Source of the DNA: a virus | Taxonomy: Duplodnaviria > Heunggongvirae > Uroviricota > Caudoviricetes | IMG/VR virus record: IMGVR_UViG_3300012346_000561 | Span: 14,358-78,357 of that record | Length of the DNA: 64,000 nucleotides | Strand: one strand, 5' to 3' | Shown: positions 1-8,561 of the stretch, one piece after another | Position numbering within the stretch: position 1 is the stretch's first letter | Layout of the letters: each line of letters starts with the position of its first letter | Notes under the pieces: generated by a model | What the model saw: the letters and a program-made list of their open reading frames with translations, nothing else | Databases searched by the model: none | Told to the model about the DNA's origin: nothing | Program-made: the position numbers and the translations under genes

Positions 1-447
1 CTTAGCCCAAGGAATAACTCCTTCTGATTGACCTGTTTCTCCGTTTCCAATCTTAACTCCTCTTCCTCTTACTCTTCCAAGTCCAATTCCTACTCCTCCT
101 CCTAAAGAGGTAAGTCTCATTAGCTCTGCATTGGTTAATCCTATACCTCTGATTGAATCAGGAGTATCTATACCGAAACATGAAATTGGTAATCCTTTAT
201 CAGTTCCTGTATTTGATAATACTGGAGAGGCTAAGTTTAACCAACCTTTCCACATATACTTAAAAAACTTATTTGCTAGATCTGGACGATCTAATCTTTT
301 TGCTACTGCATCTGCAACTCTTTTGTAAGCTTTCTTTGGATTCTCATCAGGCAATAAATACCCGTTTGAGATTGTAGCCAAAGATACTTCATTCATCCAT
401 TCCGGATAATCTACACCTGGTTTCCAGGTACTGTAATCTACTCCCAT
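1..447 (-). CDS. nrdA: Ribonucleotide reductase class Ia alpha subunit, N-terminal part (continues past window start; absent from ORF track)
   Basis: Manual translation from ATG at 447: MGVDYSTWKPGVDYPEWMNEVSLATIS...NLASPVLSNTGTDKGLPISCF...SLGGGVG; open to base 1; directly follows nrdB. Confidence 0.93.
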   Translation of the reverse strand, partial: MGVDYSTWKPGVDYPEWMNEVSLATISNGYLLPDENPKKAYKRVADAVAKRLDRPDLANKFFKYMWKGWLNLASPVLSNTGTDKGLPISCFGIDTPDSIRGIGLTNAELMRLTSLGGGVGIGLGRVRGRGVKIGNGETGQSEGVIPWAK

Positions 448-456
448 AAAATTAAA

Positions 457-1434
457 TTAAAATGCGTTGTCCCAATCCATATGCCCTTTAGCATAATTTG
501 TTACTCTATTTGCAAAGAAATCTGTATGCTGTTTACCTGCTACTACAGCATCAAACCACAACATTTGTTTCAAAGCTCCTTTATCGATTTGATCTGAAGG
601 TATTAATGGTTTTAATCCTAAATCTCCCATCTTAGTGTTTACTCTGTGTTTGATAAAGTTTTTAAGATCTTCTTTAGATAAGTTCTCTAAATCTCCCATT
701 TCAAATACTTTATCAATAAAATTAAACTCTAACTCTAAAGCAAGCGTTGCTGCTTCTCTAATATCGTTAATAAGTTTTTCTGTTTTTAATTCTGGATATT
801 CTTCCATTAAAGTTCTGAATAACCAACATCCTGCTTCTGAGTGAAGTGATTCATCTCTCACAGACCATTCTACAATTTGTCCTACTCCTTTTAATTTGTT
901 TCTCATTTTAAACGATAACAATACCGCAAAAGAAGAAAATAGGTTTACTCCTTCAGTAAATGCTGAGAATATAGCAAGTGATCTAGCTGCTTCGTGCCAG
1001 TCTGTTTCCTTACCATGACCATCTCTAACATCCATTAAAGATTGAATTTTAGCTGCAGTTGATTCATCTTCTAAGAATTCTGCAAAATTATCCAAACCTA
1101 ACTGCTCATTTAATAGAGCATACGCCTCAGCATGGATTGTTTCGAAAGCTCCAAAGGTGGTAGCCATCATAATAACTTCAGGTTTTCTAAACCATTTTGT
1201 TACTAGGGATGTCCAGTAATCGTTCACTACTGTTTCTGTTTGTGCAAATCCTTTTAGGATTCCTCCTATAAGATTCTTTTCGTGTGGTTTGAGATTTGAG
1301 TTCCAATCTGTTACGTCTTGTGACATTGGAACCTCTGTGTGCAACCAGTGTGCTTGGTGAGCTTTAAGCCAATAATCGTGGGCTTGTGGATACTCAAAGG
1401 GCTTGTAAACTATGCGTTCGTCTTTCAGACTCAT
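457..1434 (-). CDS. nrdB: Ribonucleotide reductase class Ia beta subunit
   Basis: Di-iron and radical motifs ETIHAEAY, TEGVNLFSSF, RDESLH; N-terminal YKPFEYP. Confidence 0.96.
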   Translation of the reverse strand: MSLKDERIVYKPFEYPQAHDYWLKAHQAHWLHTEVPMSQDVTDWNSNLKPHEKNLIGGILKGFAQTETVVNDYWTSLVTKWFRKPEVIMMATTFGAFETIHAEAYALLNEQLGLDNFAEFLEDESTAAKIQSLMDVRDGHGKETDWHEAARSLAIFSAFTEGVNLFSSFAVLLSFKMRNKLKGVGQIVEWSVRDESLHSEAGCWLFRTLMEEYPELKTEKLINDIREAATLALELEFNFIDKVFEMGDLENLSKEDLKNFIKHRVNTKMGDLGLKPLIPSDQIDKGALKQMLWFDAVVAGKQHTDFFANRVTNYAKGHMDWDNAF

Positions 1435-1497
1435 ATTCGCTTTTTTAAAATGGTTATAAAAATTTTTGCAATGTAGAAATAAATAGATTATATATTG

Positions 1498-2844
1498 CTA
1501 TTTTGGATTCTCTAAATTAAAGAACTTATTGGCAACATCTTTGTATCCTCCTCTTGGCTTATCATTAGGATCATCAAGAATCATATTACCTAAAAGTTCA
1601 ATGTGTCCGTTGTTTGTATCAACTTTAGCATCGTAGGTCATACCATCCATTCCGTATCTATTTTTCATTATATGGAAACGTCCTGTACCTAAAACTTTGT
1701 CTTCTTTCTTTCTTGATAACGATATACAAATATCAGCTACCATCATCTTATCGTACGAACCTGCTGCTTTATCTCCTTCAATAACATCATCCTTTGCTCC
1801 CATTCTGTTTACCTGAGATGGTGTTAGGATTGGTATTTGAAGTTCTTTGGCTAATCCTTTTGTTGCAATGAACACATCGTCGATTTCATCTTTTCTTTCT
1901 GTAAAACGAGATTTAGAAGGTGGTTTCAAATAATCAACGTAATCGATAATAACTAAATCAGGTTTATGATCCATGTCGATACACTTCTGTATGTGAGACT
2001 TGATTGAGTTTACTGATGCTCCTTTTGGTGGGTATTCTTTAACAATTAGTTTTCCTGGTAGGTTGTTTACGATTTTCTCTACTTCAACTCGATGTTTGTT
2101 TACCTCTTCAATTCCGTATCCTGTGAAGTAGCAGTCAAATCTCTTCCCTACATAATCTTCTCCTAATTCTAATGTGTAGTAGTTGACATTAAATCCTAAC
2201 TGCACTGCATGACCTGCTGCTGCAACCATTGTCCAAGACTTTCCTCCTCCAGGATTACCAAACACAATTACCAAATCTCCAGGTCCCCATCCTCCTTGAA
2301 TTCCTTCATTCAGTAATGGCCAAGGTGTTGGAATGGTTGGTCTGTAATCTGTTCTGTATCTACTTTCAATATCTTTGTTATACTCGTGTCCAATACTTTT
2401 ATCCATACCAGCTCTCATTGCTCTTTCGATCAACCCTCTGATACCGTCAAAGTCTCCTTGGTTTAATAAGTCTGCTGAGTTTAGTAATGCTGTTTTTAGT
2501 TCTTGGTTTTTTGCAAATGTTGTAAACTCTTCTACTACGTATGCTAAATCTTCTTGAGTAGATTCGTAACATCCTCTTAGTTCAGACTTAACTGCTGTCT
2601 GTAAAATGTCATTCTCTACTTTTTGAATCTCTATTTTCAAAGCCTCCATTGAGATCGTTGTATGGTACTTGTCAAAGTACTTTACTGTTGCTTCTAATAT
2701 CCACTTATGTGCATCTGAATCAAAGTAATCTGTTCTAAGTAAATCTCGGGTGTTAAGTAAGAACTTCTTATCTGTTAAAAGTGCTCCTAACACCTTTAGT
2801 TGAAATCCTTTTCCGTACTGTGATAATTTTGCTAGGCTTGTCAA
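1498..2844 (-). CDS. Replicative DnaB/T4 gp41-like helicase
   Basis: Walker A GNPGGGKS, YYTLEL, IIDYVDY, SQVNR, KNRYG motifs of SF4 helicases. Confidence 0.92.
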   Translation of the reverse strand: MTSLAKLSQYGKGFQLKVLGALLTDKKFLLNTRDLLRTDYFDSDAHKWILEATVKYFDKYHTTISMEALKIEIQKVENDILQTAVKSELRGCYESTQEDLAYVVEEFTTFAKNQELKTALLNSADLLNQGDFDGIRGLIERAMRAGMDKSIGHEYNKDIESRYRTDYRPTIPTPWPLLNEGIQGGWGPGDLVIVFGNPGGGKSWTMVAAAGHAVQLGFNVNYYTLELGEDYVGKRFDCYFTGYGIEEVNKHRVEVEKIVNNLPGKLIVKEYPPKGASVNSIKSHIQKCIDMDHKPDLVIIDYVDYLKPPSKSRFTERKDEIDDVFIATKGLAKELQIPILTPSQVNRMGAKDDVIEGDKAAGSYDKMMVADICISLSRKKEDKVLGTGRFHIMKNRYGMDGMTYDAKVDTNNGHIELLGNMILDDPNDKPRGGYKDVANKFFNLENPK

Positions 2845-2872
2845 TTTTCTATAACTTTTTAATTAATAACTC

Positions 2873-3895
2873 TTATTTTTTGTACGTCGTAAGTGGTCTG
2901 AAAACTTCTAACCATCCTTCTACGTTTTTATTCAATCCTTCAATTTTATCCATCTCAAGCATGTGCAAGAATGGTCCTGACTGTAAGGTTTGTGCTGGTT
3001 GAGATAACTTCTCTCTTACTCCTTCGATTTCTTCATCAGTAACTCTAGGTTGCTGTATGTTCATCATATCGTAGTTGAGTTGTACCCTGTCCCAGTTATA
3101 TATAATATTAGCGAATATTTTTTTAGTTTGCAACTTTTGTTCACAAATATCATAAACATTTTGTAAACAGAATGTTGGATCCTGCTTTATGTCTGAGAAC
3201 TCTTTGAAGATTGTTTTATCCCCAAGTCCTTTTATTCCTGCTAGGTTGTCTGAATTGTCCCCTAATAGTGCTTTTACAATTAGATAATTCTTTGGAATGG
3301 TTCCTACTTTTGCAATCACCTCATCTACTCCGTACATCTTTTTCTCAATTGGAGAATATACCTGGATGTTTGGTGATACTATTTGTAAGAAATCTTTATC
3401 CGACGATACTATCGTTACCTTTTTTCCTGCAGCTGCAAATTGCTGTGCTATGTACGAAATGATATCATCTGCCTCAACTTTATCTACTGATATTAGTGTT
3501 GCAGGTAGGCATTGTAAGTATTCTACCAATCTATGCATTTGCATTGTCATTGATGCATACTCGTCATCCTTACTATCGAATATTTCCCAATTAGTTATCC
3601 TTTTTATGTTACGATTTGCTTTGTAATCCGCATTCATGTTCTTCCTGTTGATGGAAGAACCTGGTCCGTCAAATACACAGATCATTCTTGTAGGATCTAT
3701 CGTACGCATTAAGAATCCTATCGATCTTAAAAATCCAACAAGGCCACCAGTGTGATGGCCCTGTGAATTTACAGATTGTAACATTGCAAAACTTCTCATG
3801 AACGTATTCATGGAATCTACAAGGAGTACATGATCGTTGAGCTTTCTATCAGGTTTTCGTTCTATGTTATTTAGAAGATCTAGATAGTTACTCAT
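2873..3895 (-). CDS. 5'-3' exonuclease (T4 RNase H / PolI N-terminal FEN family)
   Basis: LLVDSMN, VFDG, YKANR, EADD, SSDKDFLQ, GDNSDNLAGIKGLG (H3TH) motifs. Confidence 0.92.
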   Translation of the reverse strand: MSNYLDLLNNIERKPDRKLNDHVLLVDSMNTFMRSFAMLQSVNSQGHHTGGLVGFLRSIGFLMRTIDPTRMICVFDGPGSSINRKNMNADYKANRNIKRITNWEIFDSKDDEYASMTMQMHRLVEYLQCLPATLISVDKVEADDIISYIAQQFAAAGKKVTIVSSDKDFLQIVSPNIQVYSPIEKKMYGVDEVIAKVGTIPKNYLIVKALLGDNSDNLAGIKGLGDKTIFKEFSDIKQDPTFCLQNVYDICEQKLQTKKIFANIIYNWDRVQLNYDMMNIQQPRVTDEEIEGVREKLSQPAQTLQSGPFLHMLEMDKIEGLNKNVEGWLEVFRPLTTYKK

Positions 3896-4967
3896 CGCTT
3901 AATCCAATATCTCTAATATCTTCTCCTACTTCAGCTTCAACAGCTACTTCAAAATCTACTGATCCTAAAATGTTTGCCCAAGTCCCTTTGTAAGTGTCCT
4001 TATAGTTGTCGATTGCTTTTTTCTCATCCTCAATGAAACCGTGTTGTGTCATTACGATTGATCCTCTTGACTGGATTCCGTTGATGTGATTCTTTTCAAT
4101 TTGTACTTTAGTCTTCTTAGCAAATTCATACTCCTTACCTTTAGCGATTGCTTTAATTTTAGAAGTACCAGGGTTTGTTATATTTCCAAAAGTAATAATT
4201 AATGTAGCATCATACCACATTGCCATCCCTCCTTTGTTCTGAAGTTTTGGTTGTCCCATTGGATGCTCAGGTTTCATAGTCCACACTTTGTTGATTGCAA
4301 CTAAAGTATTTGTATATTTGTTTCCTTCTTTTCTTGATAATAGAATCTTTTGATTCAAATTATTTCCGAATTGAGTAGACATTGCTCCTGCATTCCATTC
4401 GTTGTTATTCTTATTCGACTTAACTGATAATTCACATGGAACTGATCCTACTGAATCCCAGAAGAAGCATAAGTCATAAGGAAGGTTTCCTTTTTTCTGC
4501 TCATCTAATAAATCTAAAATGTATGCTGCTACATCCTCGATAGTGTTCAATGTTCCTCTATCTGCGTATAAGAAAAATCCTTGATAATCAGTAATCTCTC
4601 CTGTTGTTTCATCCACAACCTCTTCAACTTCAAGTCCCATAGTTTTGGCATGAGGCCATGACCATTTCATCTCGGTAATAATGAATACAGGTAGTACTCC
4701 TTTCTTTTGTGCATTTACTGCAGCTTCTAACAACAACGTTGTCTTACCTGTATCAGAATGTCCTCGTAGAAGGGTAATGTGTCCTGCTGGGATACCTGGA
4801 AGTGATGTTATTTCTTGGAATGCCTTCGATACTGGGATCCAGTCCTGTTCTTTGAACTTAACCGAAGCATTGCTAAAACCTTTGTTCTTTTTGAACTTGT
4901 CTAGGCTAAAGCCGCTTTTGATTATCTCTCCAGCGGCTTGTGATGCACTTTTTTTGGTAACTGCCAT
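3888..4967 (-). CDS. recA: RecA/UvsX-like recombinase
   Basis: Walker A GHSDTGKT, FWDSVGS, KGG..WY motifs; 359 aa. Confidence 0.88.
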   Translation of the reverse strand: MAVTKKSASQAAGEIIKSGFSLDKFKKNKGFSNASVKFKEQDWIPVSKAFQEITSLPGIPAGHITLLRGHSDTGKTTLLLEAAVNAQKKGVLPVFIITEMKWSWPHAKTMGLEVEEVVDETTGEITDYQGFFLYADRGTLNTIEDVAAYILDLLDEQKKGNLPYDLCFFWDSVGSVPCELSVKSNKNNNEWNAGAMSTQFGNNLNQKILLSRKEGNKYTNTLVAINKVWTMKPEHPMGQPKLQNKGGMAMWYDATLIITFGNITNPGTSKIKAIAKGKEYEFAKKTKVQIEKNHINGIQSRGSIVMTQHGFIEDEKKAIDNYKDTYKGTWANILGSVDFEVAVEAEVGEDIRDIGLSDE

Positions 4968-4972
4968 TTATC

Positions 4973-5800
4973 TTAGTTGAATAAATCGTCAAATTTGTTA
5001 ACTGTGCTTTTGTTTCCTACAGTTGCATTTTCAAAATTGTACCCTTTCTCTTCCATAATTCCTGTTCCTGGTACTGCAGATGGTTGTGGTGCTGCAGCTG
5101 GTTCAGAAGGCTCTGTTGGTTCAGCAGGTGCTTGTGCAACTTCCTCACCTGGAGATAGATACTGTTGTAATTGTTTTTTGATGTATTCGTAATCAAACTC
5201 AGTAAATGACTCAATTGGGTTTGGTTGTTCTTTTAACCATAAATCAACTTCTTCATTCTTTGCAGATAATGCAGTAGTTTTAGGTTTGATACGAACTGTT
5301 GTTGTTGGATAAGGGTTTCCTGGTGTTTGCTCAACTACCATGTCGTAACCGTTCATTACGTCTGTGTAATCTCCGATATCTTCATCCTCTGCTAATGCTA
5401 ACAATGCTTTGTAGATGTTTGTACCGAATGACCATAAACGTACTCCTTTGTCTTCTTCTCCTCTTACGATTACTGGAGCGAATACTCTTGTCTTAGGTGA
5501 CAATTTTCCTGATAATGACCAATTGTCTTTGTCAGATGTTTTTCTTAGTTCTTTTACAAATTCTTCAATTGGATCTTGCTTACCGAAGTTTGATAAAGCG
5601 ATCATTGGGAATTTACCGATGTTGTAGTGAAATTTTAATTCCTTGAATGGGAATGATGGATCGTAAACTGATGGTACAATTCTTACATTGTGTTTTCCAT
5701 TAGTTGGTTTCCAGAAGATTTTGTCATAGTCAATTTTCTCTCTTTCTTGACCGTTGTTGTTTAATCCTGCCAGCTTGGCTTTGATTTGATCTAAATTCAT
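4973..5800 (-). CDS. Single-stranded DNA-binding protein (gp32-like)
   Basis: FWKP..G...VRIVP, DPIEEF, GVRLWSFG..IY, DYTD...GYD; Pro/Ala linker and acidic-aromatic FDDLFN tail; replication context. Confidence 0.8.
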   Translation of the reverse strand: MNLDQIKAKLAGLNNNGQEREKIDYDKIFWKPTNGKHNVRIVPSVYDPSFPFKELKFHYNIGKFPMIALSNFGKQDPIEEFVKELRKTSDKDNWSLSGKLSPKTRVFAPVIVRGEEDKGVRLWSFGTNIYKALLALAEDEDIGDYTDVMNGYDMVVEQTPGNPYPTTTVRIKPKTTALSAKNEEVDLWLKEQPNPIESFTEFDYEYIKKQLQQYLSPGEEVAQAPAEPTEPSEPAAAPQPSAVPGTGIMEEKGYNFENATVGNKSTVNKFDDLFN

Positions 5801-5822
5801 TTTTCTACTTTTTTTAATTTAA

Positions 5823-5866
5823 CTTGCTTTTTACTTGCTTAATTGTTTCTTGCGTTTTACTTGCTT
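5823..5866 (-). repeat. Two copies of an 18-nt A-rich repeat in the SSB leader
   Basis: cttgc[t/g]ttttacttgctt at 5823-5840 and 5849-5866 (sense AAGCAAGTAAAA[A/C]GCAAG). Confidence 0.85.
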
Positions 5867-5877
5867 CTAACTTTTAT

Positions 5878-5906
5878 AATATATGAATTTTTTTTCTTAA
5901 ATACAA
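5878..5906 (-). promoter_or_regulatory. Host-type promoter upstream of SSB
   Basis: Sense TTGTAT-N17-TATATT; same spacing recurs at several other sites. Confidence 0.6.
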
Positions 5907-5938
5907 CTACTCCTTTCTTTATTTTTTTTTAAATTAAT

Positions 5939-5998
5939 ACTCCGTGATCTAACTCTAATAGATGGGGAGAGCTACCATTTAGGTAGCTTTCTCCGCAT
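5939..5998 (-). other. GC-enriched two-hairpin element, possibly a terminator or ncRNA
   Basis: GGAG-AA-AGCUACC/GGUAGCU-CUCC stem followed by AUCUA/UAGAU stem. Confidence 0.45.
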
Positions 5999-6017
5999 TT
6001 TACTTTATGTTTATGTG

Positions 6018-6473
6018 TTACAATTCCACTATTCTAAATAGTTTTGTATTCACTCTTTTTAGTTCTGCTCCTTTTGTTAGAAGTATGCAGTTTTGATAGT
6101 CATTCCAATTTACTTTATAATTTGTATCAAGTACTCCTCCATTCAGAGATTCGATTAAACGATTCAACGAATTGATTGTATATAGTGTATTTGATTCTTT
6201 TTTTCTATGTACTAATATAGTGTTGTCTAAAAAGTTTGAAACATTACCAAACTCCACATTATAGGTACATATGTATTCATCCTGACTCTTTGAGTATAGG
6301 ACAAAAATCTTATTATAGATGATATTGTATTTGTTCTTTATTGTACTTAGTATTTCCTCTAGGTTTTCCTCTGAGGAGAAAGTACAGAATAACTTGTTGC
6401 TCATATCTGCTGCATTGAAATTGTATTCGATATCGTAATCGAACTTTACTGGCGTTACATGTGATTGTATCAT
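6018..6473 (-). CDS. Hypothetical protein between PolA and SSB
   Basis: 151-aa ORF with coding-strand composition; true start may be Met25 (MSNKLFCTF, 6401). Confidence 0.8.
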   Translation of the reverse strand: MIQSHVTPVKFDYDIEYNFNAADMSNKLFCTFSSEENLEEILSTIKNKYNIIYNKIFVLYSKSQDEYICTYNVEFGNVSNFLDNTILVHRKKESNTLYTINSLNRLIESLNGGVLDTNYKVNWNDYQNCILLTKGAELKRVNTKLFRIVEL

Positions 6474-6492
6474 TTATAAATATGATTTTATT

Positions 6493-7818
6493 TTATAAAA
6501 CTAAATTAGTACTGTATTTAAACTTTACTGGGTATTTTCCTCCCTGATTTAATATGTTTTGTAGATCCTCCAGTACGTGTTTACCATCTCGTTTGTCGAA
6601 ATCAAATACGATAGCATCGTATGTGTAAAGTGCTACTTTTGTCTTCTTGTCTTGCAGATATCTAAGCACATCTTTTAATATCACAATATTTCTTGAAGTT
6701 TCCAACGATTGCATCATATAGTTCATTAACTTCTGTGGATGCATCTCTGGTAACTGCTGTGTAAATCTTTTACCTGATATTGGATCTTGTACGTATCCGT
6801 GTTCGTTAAATTGCTTCCATAGTCCATTTATATAATTCTGGATCTTTTCGAATATTTCTAGGAAGGCAAATTCAGGAGGGATCTTTCCATAAATTGCATG
6901 GAAGTTTGTTTGTTTTGCTTTTGCGTATTCTTCTTCTGTTATCTCATCCTTTCCAAAGTACAATCTTGCCAACTGAATGTGTGCAGATTCATCTGTCAAC
7001 TCATATCCTATTTGTTCGCATAACAATCTTAAATGGTATCCATCAAAATCAAATTCTACAAAATAATCATTTTGAGGAATGATTGCTTTTCTAAATTCTG
7101 GTGCTTTTGGTATTGCTGCAAAATTTATTGAATTGAAAGCATTAGTAGGTCTTGATGTTATGTTATTTAGGTTGTAAGATGTATATGCTATGTTATCTTC
7201 AATATTATAAACAGGATTATTTGGTTTAAATAAATCTACAAATGCTTGGTAAGTTACTCTCAATCCTGATCTCTCTATCAAATAAAATACTGATGTTGCT
7301 GTTTTGTTGTAGAAGTCAAATCCATTTGGTATTGCATATTGCAATATTGGATATAGGTGCTTAAAATTTTCTTCACACTTTTCATACAATTTTGTTATTG
7401 GTATGATTGTATTTAACTCTGCATACTCTGACATTCTGTTGTAATACCAGTTGTAGGTTGTGTTGGTCTTCGCTAGATCTTTTCTATCGTAATTTGTCAT
7501 TGTATTTAGCAAAGACAAGTCCAGAACTTCCGGTAATACAAAGTGATACAACAATTGTTTCTTATCATACGTATAAAGTGTGTCAAATTGTTTTAGCATG
7601 TCGTAGACACAGTTTTTGTCAACGTTCAATCCTTCGGTATGGTTTATAGGAATGATAAATCCTTCAAAGCACTCTAAAGGTCGAATGTATACTGCAGCTG
7701 TGTATGTGAGAATAGGGTGGTAGTTGTCGTTGGAAGAAATTACCTCGACATAAGCTCCTTGGCTTGCATAACCCTTTAATCGATCAATCTGATCTTGTGA
7801 TTCAACTATATAAAACAT
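6493..7818 (-). CDS. Compact family A DNA polymerase with divergent motifs
   Basis: TSRPTNAFNSINFAAIP (cf. TGRLSS..PNLQNIP), motif A DFDGYHLRLL, motif B AKQTNFHAIYG, motif C YTYDAIVFD. Confidence 0.85.
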   Translation of the reverse strand: MFYIVESQDQIDRLKGYASQGAYVEVISSNDNYHPILTYTAAVYIRPLECFEGFIIPINHTEGLNVDKNCVYDMLKQFDTLYTYDKKQLLYHFVLPEVLDLSLLNTMTNYDRKDLAKTNTTYNWYYNRMSEYAELNTIIPITKLYEKCEENFKHLYPILQYAIPNGFDFYNKTATSVFYLIERSGLRVTYQAFVDLFKPNNPVYNIEDNIAYTSYNLNNITSRPTNAFNSINFAAIPKAPEFRKAIIPQNDYFVEFDFDGYHLRLLCEQIGYELTDESAHIQLARLYFGKDEITEEEYAKAKQTNFHAIYGKIPPEFAFLEIFEKIQNYINGLWKQFNEHGYVQDPISGKRFTQQLPEMHPQKLMNYMMQSLETSRNIVILKDVLRYLQDKKTKVALYTYDAIVFDFDKRDGKHVLEDLQNILNQGGKYPVKFKYSTNLVL

Positions 7819-7838
7819 TTACTTAAAACCTTTATTTC

Positions 7839-7870
7839 AATATACAAAAAAAGACTTGCGAAAGCAAGCC
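7839..7870 (-). terminator. Intrinsic terminator overlapping a promoter for PolA
   Basis: GGCUUGC-UUUC-GCAAGUC-U7; the same bases read TTGCTT-N17-TATATT. Confidence 0.75.
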
Positions 7871-7877
7871 TTATTTG

Positions 7878-8558
7878 TTATTTTCTTAAATCGAAATTTG
7901 CCTTTCGAGAATTTTCCAACACTGTGTCTTTATCTTGTATTGTTGTTGTCGTTGTTGATAGTTGATTTGCTGTTAGAGCAATTGGCTCTTCTACCAATAG
8001 TGCGTAGTCTGTGATAAAGGTTGATATGCCTGGTATTTGTTTTTCTATTGCAGCTATTGCTTTTTTATTTCGAGTGGCTGCTCCTTCATACGGATATCCA
8101 TTAATCATCTTATCTTCAGCTGGTCCTTTTATCGTCCAGTCTACTGTTGCAAATGTGTGATTGACTAGTTGCTGATTTGCTTGGTCGTAGGTTGGCTTAT
8201 CTACTTCGATTATTTTATTGGTTCTATTATTTCTAATAAAATACCTCTTAGTTACTCCCTTCAAGCTATCTCCTTTTTTTGGTTTAGGCTTAAATAATCC
8301 TCTTAACAGTCCTGGTATTATCAATGCTAGTGGCATTAGATCTTCCCAGTAGTTTGCTGTAAGTTTTTCTAATTCCACACCATTGTCTTGAGGTTTTGTT
8401 CCACTATAGTACTTACCTGTTGAGGTTTCAAAGTACATTCCTTTATACTCCTCTCCTGTTTTCTTTACTACATACTGTCCTCCTGAGGTTGATTTTGGTT
8501 TTTTGCAGGCAAACTCAGGTTGATATCTTTGTTGTTTTAATTTTTTATCCCTTATCAT
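7878..8558 (-). CDS. Hypothetical protein, last gene of baseplate block
   Basis: 226-aa ORF starting 3 nt after the upstream stop. Confidence 0.75.
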   Translation of the reverse strand: MIRDKKLKQQRYQPEFACKKPKSTSGGQYVVKKTGEEYKGMYFETSTGKYYSGTKPQDNGVELEKLTANYWEDLMPLALIIPGLLRGLFKPKPKKGDSLKGVTKRYFIRNNRTNKIIEVDKPTYDQANQQLVNHTFATVDWTIKGPAEDKMINGYPYEGAATRNKKAIAAIEKQIPGISTFITDYALLVEEPIALTANQLSTTTTTIQDKDTVLENSRKANFDLRK

Positions 8559-8561
8559 ATC

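Noticed and set aside
5823-5998. CRISPR mini-array or tRNA in the SSB upstream region
   Set aside because: Only two 18-nt copies with an 8-nt gap, and the hairpins do not form a cloverleaf (no T-loop GTTCRA or CCA end).
1-7818. Inteins or group I introns in nrdA, nrdB, helicase, recA or polymerase (also terminase)
   Set aside because: ORFs are uninterrupted, of ordinary or short length, with no intein splice motifs or homing endonuclease signatures.
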